36,722 nucleotides of DNA, from positions 1 through 36,722 of the IMG/VR virus record IMGVR_UViG_3300020045_017575. One strand, given 5' to 3'. How positions within the stretch are numbered: the first letter of the stretch is position 1; every line of letters starts with the position of its first letter. The stretch is from a virus (lineage: Duplodnaviria > Caudoviricetes). The notes under the pieces were generated by a model. It was not told where the DNA came from, made no database searches, and saw nothing but the letters and a program-made list of their open reading frames with translations. Both the position numbers and the translations under genes were made by a program. Of this stretch, positions 9,004 through 16,361 are shown in pieces.

Positions 9004-9504
9004 ATGAAAAAACTATTAATTTTAGCGATTTTACTTTTAACTAATAATAATTTTTGTAGCTTCTTTGGCCCTAATGATAATAAATCAGAAAAAGCTATTG
9101 AAGTTTTACAGCAGGTAATTAAGACTGATGGATCGGGTGTGCCATTTTCTCCAGAGATAATAAATTACTGTAAAAATACAGCACCAAGTTCTTTCACTCC
9201 TGAAATGGGCGCTATTGGATTAGCTTTTGTTGGTATTGGTGCTACTTACGCATTTGTGAGTAATATGATGGCGTGGAAACCTGTTGTTAATACAGTAGTT
9301 TCTACTACAAAACAGGTAGTAGATGTTATAGATAAAAATACAAAAGATCCTGCTAGTCCTCGCACAAAACGAGCTAAAGAAGAAGTTGATACTTTATCAA
9401 TACAGCAATTGCAATTGCTAGCGGTAACAGAAGAGCAATCTGCGCCAGGAAAGACGTATTGGAAAAATAGATATGAACAAGCTTTAAAAAATCAATTAAA
9501 ATAA
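9004..9504 (+). CDS. Secreted/membrane protein, paralog family member 1
   Basis: Signal peptide, TM, conserved C-terminal IDKN..P.SPRTKRAK.EV..LS.QQLQLLA.TEEQS. Confidence 0.85.
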   Translation: MKKLLILAILLLTNNNFCSFFGPNDNKSEKAIEVLQQVIKTDGSGVPFSPEIINYCKNTAPSSFTPEMGAIGLAFVGIGATYAFVSNMMAWKPVVNTVVSTTKQVVDVIDKNTKDPASPRTKRAKEEVDTLSIQQLQLLAVTEEQSAPGKTYWKNRYEQALKNQLK

Positions 9505-9524
9505 CTTTTCATTCAGGAACATAG

Positions 9525-10046
9525 ATGAAAAAACTATTACTCTTAAGCACTCTATTTGTATCGTCTTCTTATAGTATGAAACCAGTCATAGATACCGCAC
9601 ATCTTATAGTAACTAGTGACATGTTTAAAAAATTTGCAAGTGATCCAGAAGCTTGGGATGCCTTTAATAAAAGTACTACCGCAACTCTTCATGCGATAGA
9701 ATCTGCCAAGAAGGTTGGTGCTATTGAAGCACTTGAAAGTCATTCTTATACATGGATGGGTATTATAGGAGGCGCGGCAGCTTCTCTTTTTGGTTGGTAT
9801 ACCGTAGCTGAGACAGCAACTAACACTGCTAAAACAGCTGTTGATACTGCTAATGTAACAGCTAAGATTATCGATAAGAATACCCAACCTCCTACTAGTC
9901 CGCGAACAAAAAGAGCTAAGGAAGAGGTTGATACATTATCTCTTCAGCAGCTTCAGTTATTAGCAGCAACAGAAGAGCAATCTGCGCCAGGAAAGACTTA
10001 TTGGAAAAACAAATACGAGAAAGCTTTAAAAAATCAGCCAAAATAA
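9525..10046 (+). CDS. Secreted/membrane protein, paralog family member 2
   Basis: Same architecture and near-identical C-terminal domain. Confidence 0.85.
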   Translation: MKKLLLLSTLFVSSSYSMKPVIDTAHLIVTSDMFKKFASDPEAWDAFNKSTTATLHAIESAKKVGAIEALESHSYTWMGIIGGAAASLFGWYTVAETATNTAKTAVDTANVTAKIIDKNTQPPTSPRTKRAKEEVDTLSLQQLQLLAATEEQSAPGKTYWKNKYEKALKNQPK

Positions 10047-10082
10047 ACTTTCGTTAAAGCATAAAATTAAAGGAGAGATAGT

Positions 10083-10586
10083 ATGAGTAATCACCTGAAG
10101 CAAATTTTTTTTATAATTATTTTATCATCGAGTACATTGATTAATGGTATGTTTGATACTGAGTTAATGAAGTATAGTGTGGATGCAATGAAACATATTG
10201 TTAGAAATCCAGACATTGCACTTCAAACCACCGATCCTTTTTCTCCTGCTTTTGTAAATTCTATGCTCCAAGAGAGATCTAGTTGGAGTTATACATTTCA
10301 AGCTGTTGGAGTATCTATTGCGGCGGCCACAGCTTTTGTTGTTAGTTTATGGCCATGGAAATCGGTGGTTGAAACAACGGTATCAACTGCTAAGAAGTTA
10401 GTTGATACTATAGATAAAAACATACAACCACCAACTAGCCCAAGAACTAAGAGGGCTAAGCAAGAAGTTAATAATTTATCTATACAGCAGTTACAACTAT
10501 TGGCACTTACTGAAGAACAATCTAATCCAAGCAGCACCTATTTTAGAAATAAATACCAGGAAAAGATTGATAATAAGGTAAAATAA
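10083..10586 (+). CDS. Secreted/membrane protein, paralog family member 3
   Basis: Same architecture and C-terminal domain; AAGGAG SD. Confidence 0.85.
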   Translation: MSNHLKQIFFIIILSSSTLINGMFDTELMKYSVDAMKHIVRNPDIALQTTDPFSPAFVNSMLQERSSWSYTFQAVGVSIAAATAFVVSLWPWKSVVETTVSTAKKLVDTIDKNIQPPTSPRTKRAKQEVNNLSIQQLQLLALTEEQSNPSSTYFRNKYQEKIDNKVK

Positions 10587-10618
10587 ATTTCTATTTACTT
10601 TTCTCTTGCCATTGCTTT

Positions 10619-10655
10619 AAAAATAGCCCTAGTACGTACTAGGGCTATTTTTTTT
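10619..10655 (+). terminator. Perfect 34-bp palindrome / bidirectional terminator
   Basis: AAAAATAGCCCTAGTAC|GTACTAGGGCTATTTTT plus further Ts. Confidence 0.8.
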
Positions 10656-10734
10656 ATAAACTTTATTTAATAAATAGTATTGGTAGTATTAATTTATTAT
10701 AGGGAGAATTTTTTTTAAAAAGGAGATTATTTAA

Positions 10735-11166
10735 ATGAAGTATTTGATTAGAGTGCTTGTATTATGTTTGTTCATTATTTTTCCAGTGAATAGCTTTACC
10801 GAATGTTTTCTTATTGATTTAAGAAGTAGAATTTCTGCATTTTTTAATCAGAATGAAGTGACCTTGCCGAAGAAAAAGGTTAGTAACTTTAAAGAAATGC
10901 ACGAAAAAATTATGAACTATCCTATGTCCCATGTATTAGCTCGCTATAAAAAAGACTTTAAAGTCTCTGATGAATTTGCTCGCATCCACGAAAGAGAATT
11001 GAAGCGCTATTTTATTATGTGCGGTAGTTATCCTAATGAGTCATTAGATATGTGGAGCCCTGAGGTTGATAACTTATGGCACACCTTTATTTTATACACC
11101 AAAGATTATAAGAAGTTTTGTGAAGAAACATTCGGTTACTTTTTACATCATTGTCCAACGGAGTAG
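10735..11166 (+). CDS. Exported GRDP-like (DUF1399/PF07173-like) domain protein, C-terminally short
   Basis: ELKRYF...SPEVDNLWHTFILYTKDYKKFCEETFGYFLHHCP signature; N-terminal hydrophobic signal; AAGGAG SD. Confidence 0.8.
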   Translation: MKYLIRVLVLCLFIIFPVNSFTECFLIDLRSRISAFFNQNEVTLPKKKVSNFKEMHEKIMNYPMSHVLARYKKDFKVSDEFARIHERELKRYFIMCGSYPNESLDMWSPEVDNLWHTFILYTKDYKKFCEETFGYFLHHCPTE

Positions 11167-11173
11167 AGATATT

Positions 11174-11395
11174 ATGAAAAAGAATTTATTTATTTTTTGT
11201 ACCGTCATTTCATCTTTAAGTGCTTTTGCAAGCGAAGAACCAAAAAGTAAAAAAGAACTATTTTTAGAAAAATATAAAGTTTTATTTAAGGAGTCAGCGC
11301 CAACTGATATTTGGACTAACGAAGAAGAAAAATGTTGGACTTGCACAAGTAATTGTAAGGGTGTTCTTAATTGCAGTAGAATAGGCGGATGCTAA
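11174..11395 (+). CDS. Secreted Cys-rich peptide 1 (putative precursor)
   Basis: Signal peptide ending AFA, motif FLEKYKVLFKESAPTDIWT, tail with 5 Cys. Confidence 0.8.
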   Translation: MKKNLFIFCTVISSLSAFASEEPKSKKELFLEKYKVLFKESAPTDIWTNEEEKCWTCTSNCKGVLNCSRIGGC

Positions 11396-11405
11396 GGTAA
11401 TATAT

Positions 11406-11678
11406 ATGAAAACAATCGCGATTGTTCTTTTTCTTATTTTTTTAGGATTGCAAAATTTAAATGCTCAAAAGGATAAAGATTCATTTATTGAGAAGTATGA
11501 ATCTTTATTTAACGATGCAATTCCTAAAGATATTTGGACTTTGTTGCAGGATGATATCGCTTGTGTTTCAGTATCGTGTAGCCCTAAATGTAAAGCGGTT
11601 CCCTTTAATCCTAAAAGATATAATGATTCCTTATGTCATTCCCGTTGTAAAAATCCATGCCAAATGGTACCTGAATAG
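11406..11678 (+). CDS. Secreted Cys-rich peptide 2 (putative precursor)
   Basis: Signal peptide ending LNA, motif FIEKYESLFNDAIPKDIWT, tail with 6 Cys. Confidence 0.8.
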   Translation: MKTIAIVLFLIFLGLQNLNAQKDKDSFIEKYESLFNDAIPKDIWTLLQDDIACVSVSCSPKCKAVPFNPKRYNDSLCHSRCKNPCQMVPE

Positions 11679-11700
11679 GTGTTAAATTAAAGGATTTTCT

Positions 11701-12018
11701 ATGAAAAAGTTTATGTCGGTAGCAATGGTATCACTATCCATGTTTACCTTTTCCGTTATTAATTCTTCTGGTGAGTCATTTATGAAAAAGTACGAGGAAT
11801 TATTTAATGAACCGATTCCTTTAAGTATATGGACCTTGGTTTCACAGGGGATAACTTGCAGTAGTCATCCAGACCCAGGTATTCCTACATGTGCAACACC
11901 TCATTATAAAGGGTTAACTTGTCGACAATGTAATAAGCCGTCATGGAATAATCAATGTTCTTCATCGCCAGCCACTTGCCTATCTACCTCATGTCATACA
12001 GATCATGAAAGAAGTTAG
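11701..12018 (+). CDS. Secreted Cys-rich peptide 3 (putative precursor)
   Basis: Signal peptide, motif FMKKYEELFNEPIPLSIWT, tail with 7 Cys. Confidence 0.8.
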   Translation: MKKFMSVAMVSLSMFTFSVINSSGESFMKKYEELFNEPIPLSIWTLVSQGITCSSHPDPGIPTCATPHYKGLTCRQCNKPSWNNQCSSSPATCLSTSCHTDHERS

Positions 12019-12117
12019 CGTGTTGCAATGATATGTATAATTTAGTGACTTGTTTTTTTACTAAAACACTTGTTACCCTATTGATGGTAAGGGAATGATT
12101 TTATTTTGGAGTACGGT

Positions 12118-12420
12118 ATGAGGCTTATTGTTTTATTTTTTTTATTATCAACATCTTTTTGTGCACCTATATTTTCATCAATAGAGAAAGATACCTATTG
12201 TGTACAGTTGACAACGATATCCCAAAAATTTTCCTCGTTAGAGGGCGTTACTATTTATGAAGGTTGTTCAAATAATATATATGTATTATTTAAGTATCTA
12301 GATGAAAAATATCTTTTTTATAGTTTTCACACTAACGAATGCGCTGTCATAAGATTATATCTTATCAAAGATAATGGAGAATGGATTGAGCACTGTTGGC
12401 TATCAGATACAGAAGCATAA
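12118..12420 (+). CDS. Accessory secreted protein
   Basis: MRLIVLFFLLSTSFCA signal-like start; GGAG upstream. Confidence 0.6.
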   Translation: MRLIVLFFLLSTSFCAPIFSSIEKDTYCVQLTTISQKFSSLEGVTIYEGCSNNIYVLFKYLDEKYLFYSFHTNECAVIRLYLIKDNGEWIEHCWLSDTEA

Positions 12421-12892
12421 TGATAAGAAGATAGAGTTAGAAGATGATGTGCGCGCTTACACTGAAGTAATGTCACCTCATATTTATAAAGCAATTCAAG
12501 ATACCGCTGAACAAACTTCTAAGCATCCAAAGTATGAAAATAAGAATTTTTATATTGTGCTTGTTAAAAACGTCGATCGTATTTTAGGGCAACCGAAGTA
12601 TCAAATATGGGCCCGCTATTCATGTCCTACGCCTGTATATAAGCAGGACGTGTTTAAATACCATTATGTTTCAGGTGAATTAGAGTTTTTATGGTGTATA
12701 CCGTCAGCTCAGCGTTACTATCATATTCTTAATAATAGGAAGCATTACTTTGATAATAAAGAAACGCGCAGATTAGCTCAGTTTGTATGTTTAATGGAGT
12801 CAGGCGAATTGCTTAGGTGGGTTATTAAGGAAAATGGAGAAAAGCCAGATGCGGTTATAACAATCAATAAGGATAATTCGGTAATAACATGA
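12374..12892 (+). CDS. Hypothetical phage protein (head module)
   Basis: 172-aa ORF with globular-looking FYIVLVK...ARYSCPTPVYKQDVFKY...FLWCIP. Confidence 0.7.
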   Translation: MENGLSTVGYQIQKHNDKKIELEDDVRAYTEVMSPHIYKAIQDTAEQTSKHPKYENKNFYIVLVKNVDRILGQPKYQIWARYSCPTPVYKQDVFKYHYVSGELEFLWCIPSAQRYYHILNNRKHYFDNKETRRLAQFVCLMESGELLRWVIKENGEKPDAVITINKDNSVIT

Positions 12893-12948
12893 AAGGAAAG
12901 TAAGCGGTATTGTGTAAATGTTAATCGTCTATCATAAGGAAATGGATT

Positions 12949-13266
12949 ATGAAAAAGATTATATTTTCAGCATTATTAGTTTTATCTTTTGTATCATATG
13001 ATTACACTATGCCAGCAATTCCCGAAACTGAAACCGTTAATCAAGCAGAAAGTATTTTTTGTTCCGAAAATGCACTATATTTTTCAGCAACTATGGTAAT
13101 AATGACCTCGATATTTTATGTATATAAATATTACACTACCCCAGTAGTGATAGAAATTAATGAAGATAGGAAAGTAGATGGAAGAACAATTAAGCAATCA
13201 ATCACAAGACGTTCAAAGTCCCGAAGAAAGAAATCAAGTAGTTCAAGAGGTGTCAGTAACTCATAA
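12949..13266 (+). CDS. Accessory signal-peptide plus TM protein; tail overlaps the next gene
   Basis: MKKIIFSALLVLSFVS; TM ALYFSATMVIMTSIFYVY. Confidence 0.6.
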   Translation: MKKIIFSALLVLSFVSYDYTMPAIPETETVNQAESIFCSENALYFSATMVIMTSIFYVYKYYTTPVVIEINEDRKVDGRTIKQSITRRSKSRRKKSSSSRGVSNS

Positions 13267-13927
13267 TAAGTCTGACAATCTTTTAAACTCGATGAGAAGA
13301 AAGGCTGATGAAGCAGAACGAAGAGCTTTAGAAGCTGAAAGATTAGTAAAACAATATGCTGAGCAGCAAGCTGCTGCTCAGTCAGTCCATCAGCCTATGA
13401 CTATTGAAGAATCTGATGATATTGGTGTAGATAATGAAGACTATGTGCAAGCTAAGCATATAAAGACTTCCAATAAAAAGATTTCTACTAAAGTATCTGC
13501 TGCTGAAAAGAGGCTTCTTGAGCTTGAGCAAAAGCTTGCTTATTTTGAGGCAAAAGTTGATACCGATTCTATCAAGGATTTTAACGAAGTAGTGTCAGAT
13601 GAAAACCTAAAGACATTTGCTAAACTTTATCCCGACGACTATCAAACAATGATGTCGAATCCTAACCTTAAGTCTAAGTCTAAGACTGCCTATAATATGA
13701 TTAAGAATTATGGGATTATGGATGCTAATAGATCTGTTTCCCATGCCCTTGATGTAGAGCAAAAACTTAGTCAAAACAAACAAAAACCACAGGCATCTTC
13801 TAACGCTTCTCCTCAACAACCACAAACACCGTTGACTCGCCTTGGTGATTATGAGCGACGTACCTTAACAGAAGCTGATAGAGATAGAATTATGGCGGAG
13901 GTTGAACGTAAAAAGGCTAGTTGGTAG
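13178..13927 (+). CDS. Putative capsid scaffolding protein
   Basis: Acidic, coiled-coil-rich, short C-terminal helix (LTEADRDRIMAEVERKK); lies upstream of the capsid gene. Confidence 0.6.
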   Translation: MEEQLSNQSQDVQSPEERNQVVQEVSVTHNKSDNLLNSMRRKADEAERRALEAERLVKQYAEQQAAAQSVHQPMTIEESDDIGVDNEDYVQAKHIKTSNKKISTKVSAAEKRLLELEQKLAYFEAKVDTDSIKDFNEVVSDENLKTFAKLYPDDYQTMMSNPNLKSKSKTAYNMIKNYGIMDANRSVSHALDVEQKLSQNKQKPQASSNASPQQPQTPLTRLGDYERRTLTEADRDRIMAEVERKKASW

Positions 13928-13991
13928 CATTCTCAGTATTGATATATTAAAATAAAAGAGCTTCACTACTTCCCTTACTTTCCTTTTTAGC

Positions 13992-14026
13992 ATGCCCAGA
14001 TACACATTACGCATCAGTCTGGGCAT
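13992..14026. terminator. Hairpin between the convergent scaffold and recombinase genes
   Basis: ATGCCCAGA...TCTGGGCAT. Confidence 0.5.
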
Positions 14027-14038
14027 TTGCGTATAAGA

Positions 14039-14719
14039 TTATTTTCTTGAAAACATCTTAGGAAAGTTATTGTTTATTATTCTTTGTAGGCTTGGTCTAT
14101 TCCACGGTTTATTTCTATAAAACAAACCTAATCGGTTTAACTTTTCAGCCACTTTAAATTCAGACATCTTTGCGCGATATTTCTTTATTCTTTCTAATAT
14201 ATTTTGTTCATGCTTATCTATTTCTAAATGGATGCCATCTTCGTGTAGTCTTTTTCCAAAAGGAACCTTGCCGAGAAATTCATTCCGCTCTCTTTTGATC
14301 TTCATCGCAGCCTTTATACGCATTGATATTACAATTCTTTCATGTTCGCTAAAGATATCGATCATTCGTCTGAGTAAAAAAGAATTAGCCTGATCCTCAA
14401 CATCTGTTCCTTCTCCAGAGGTAGATATGATAATTGCTCCCTTTTTATGCATATGCTTTTCAAAGCAAATAACTAAATGTATATCACGAGCAATGCGATC
14501 TCTTTTTTGTACAACAACAAAGTCGCCCTTTTTTACTTCATTAAATAAGTCGCTTAATGCTTCTCTCTTTTCAGTCTTACCACTTACTCCTTCATCAATG
14601 AAAAATTTATACACTTCCATACCATTTTTCTTTGCATAGTCTTCAATTGCTGACTTTTGCACCTCAATACCATTGCTTTGCTGGTCGGTGCTAACTCTTA
14701 TATACGCTAATAGACGCAC
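14039..14719 (-). CDS. Serine recombinase (resolvase catalytic domain plus short recombinase-type C-terminal domain)
   Basis: YIRVSTDQQ catalytic Ser, DEGVSGK, DRIARD, EHERIVISMRIK, GKVPFG, VAEKLNRLG...W. Confidence 0.92.
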   Translation of the reverse strand: MRLLAYIRVSTDQQSNGIEVQKSAIEDYAKKNGMEVYKFFIDEGVSGKTEKREALSDLFNEVKKGDFVVVQKRDRIARDIHLVICFEKHMHKKGAIIISTSGEGTDVEDQANSFLLRRMIDIFSEHERIVISMRIKAAMKIKRERNEFLGKVPFGKRLHEDGIHLEIDKHEQNILERIKKYRAKMSEFKVAEKLNRLGLFYRNKPWNRPSLQRIINNNFPKMFSRK

Positions 14720-14924
14720 TTTTGATCCTTATTTTAAAAAACTATGTGTAGCAAGCCACCTCGCACGCATCAAATTATAGTTAAATTTTACATCATTCTC
14801 CAGGTAAATTTGGAAAATTTATACATTAACTGGTGTAAATTCGAATCAAGAAGATATTTCTATTATCGAAAAGTGTTGAAATCGATAATAAGTTTAATTC
14901 TTATCACCATGGATGATCATAGTC

Positions 14925-14954
14925 TTGTTTTTTTAATAACTATCGTTATAGAAT
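14925..14954 (+). promoter_or_regulatory. Putative promoter for the capsid operon
   Basis: TTGTTT-N18-TAGAAT; predicted start near 14961 coincides with the first RNA-motif unit. Confidence 0.55.
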
Positions 14955-14960
14955 TCAATT

Positions 14961-15122
14961 GAGTGAGATAGCGGTGGACCTCGACTGCAGGGTGACTCGC
15001 AATAAACCCCGATTGCAGGAGTAGTGATCCTTAAATTCATAGGGTGTAAAGTAACAAACCCCGGTTACAGACTTAAGAAGTCTTTAAATTCCTAGAGAGT
15101 TGCTGTAGTGAACCTCGACTAC
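14961..15122 (+). ncRNA. Structured leader RNA: four tandem covarying hairpin/pseudoknot units
   Basis: Units GRG(T/A)G-N4-5-stem5-RRACCYCG-stem5 at 14961, 14990, 15042 and 15095, with compensatory changes. Confidence 0.7.
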
Positions 15123-15160
15123 GTACCAAAAAATATTTGTACATTTATATAGGAGAAGTT

Positions 15161-15469
15161 ATGGCTATCAATAGTCCTAATAACCTACCGCCAGAAGTAC
15201 AACAAACAGCTGATGACGTTTTATTAGCGGTTCGTACGCCAAGACTTATTCATAAGTTGGCAGCGGTAACAAAAAGATTACCAGCTAAAGGTGGTAATAC
15301 ATTAAGAATGTCTCGTTATGAAAGACTCCCAACAGCGCCTGTTCCATTGAGTCCTGACGGTGCACCAATTCCAAGCACAAGTCTAGAGAGGGTCGACATA
15401 GATGCAACCGTCTCAATATATGGTCTCTATAGTGCCATTAATCAAAGAGTGTTTCTACAGAATCAGGAT
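15161..15469 (+). CDS. Major capsid protein exon 1 (N4-gp56-like family)
   Basis: AGGAG SD; LPPEVQQ, LPAKGGNTLRMSRYERL, VDIDATVSIYG, ends QNQD. Confidence 0.88.
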
Positions 15470-15706
15470 AAACAACATGTCCTGTATAAATCAGTCCTAA
15501 TCGACTTGGAAGCCGAAGTGGCATAGAGCTAACTGGTGACAAGGGCCAAGTATATTATTTATCATAATATACGGGCTGAACGACTTAAGCGGACAGATAT
15601 GCTAGAAATAGCATAATGCGAAAGTCTGAACACTGCGGATAACGTAGTGAGGGAAATTCGAAGCAGTTTCCCCGCCTAGAAATAGGTCACAAAAGTAACA
15701 GAATTG
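15470..15706 (+). mobile_element. Group I self-splicing intron, 237 nt, no ORF
   Basis: P1 CAGGAU/GUCCUG with U.G at the splice site, P7 GACUU/AAGUC, P8 UAUGCUA-GAAA-UAGCAUA, P9 hairpins, terminal G; removal joins the exons in frame. Confidence 0.88.
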
Positions 15707-16351
15707 ATGGTTTTGACAGAAGTTGCTGAATTAATGGGACTATCTATGAGAATGACTGAAGATCAGTTGTCTCGTGATGCTCTCGCTGCTTCTGCTACCC
15801 AATACACATGTTCTGGCGGATCAAACGGTGATTCTCCTACAAATCTTACCTTGTCTGATATTGATGAAGTAACGACTGGTCTTTTAAGCAACGATGCTTG
15901 GATGATCTTGGATCGTCAGATTGGTGAAGATAGATTTGGTACGGCACCTGTTCGTGAAGCTTTTGTAGCAATGGGTCATACAAATTTATCTAAAGATTTG
16001 AATGCTATTAATAACTTCACACCCAAGTGGAATTACCCAAATCAATCAGGCGCTAAAGTTGGTGCTGAATGGGGTGCGGTAAATAACGTACGATTCTTCC
16101 TTTCGAGCCAAGGTTTAATTCGTCCGACAGCTTCAGATTTAGGAAATAGTGTTTATTCAGTATTCGTTCAAGGACTTGAAGCAGTTGGTTGTGTCTACCA
16201 AGATAACTTCTCTGCGCGCATCTTGTATCGTGGACCAGAATTTTCTGATGCTCTTTATCAGAATGTTACTATTGGTTATACGATGTCTGAAGTAACCCGA
16301 GTTCTGAATGATTTATGGATTTCCCAAATGCTTTGCACATTAAATTCTTAA
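15707..16351 (+). CDS. Major capsid protein exon 2 (spliced product 317 aa)
   Basis: MVLTE...TEDQLSRDAL, GEDRFGTAPVREAF, EWGAVNNVRFFLSS, RVLNDLWI. Confidence 0.88.
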   Translation: MVLTEVAELMGLSMRMTEDQLSRDALAASATQYTCSGGSNGDSPTNLTLSDIDEVTTGLLSNDAWMILDRQIGEDRFGTAPVREAFVAMGHTNLSKDLNAINNFTPKWNYPNQSGAKVGAEWGAVNNVRFFLSSQGLIRPTASDLGNSVYSVFVQGLEAVGCVYQDNFSARILYRGPEFSDALYQNVTIGYTMSEVTRVLNDLWISQMLCTLNS

Positions 16352-16361
16352 AGGAGAGACC

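Noticed and set aside
9004-12018. Diversity-generating retroelement or shufflon behind the variable paralogs
   Set aside because: No reverse transcriptase, no TR/VR pair with adenine-specific differences and no inverted crossover sites seen.
14744-14962. 72-aa plus-strand ORF in the recombinase-capsid gap
   Set aside because: No SD or recognisable motif, and it overlaps promoter elements; likely spurious.
14961-15122. Leader units as HDV-like/theta ribozymes, preQ1 riboswitches or a CRISPR array
   Set aside because: Loops resemble HDV L3 (CCUCG), but I could not build P1/P2 or the catalytic J4/2. There is no A-rich preQ1 tail. The repeats conserve structure rather than sequence, and there are no spacers or cas genes.
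15470-15526. C-terminal KQHVLYKSVLIDLEAEVA of ORF 15137..15526 as real protein, or a programmed frameshift in the capsid
   Set aside because: It is read-through into the group I intron; splicing explains the split.
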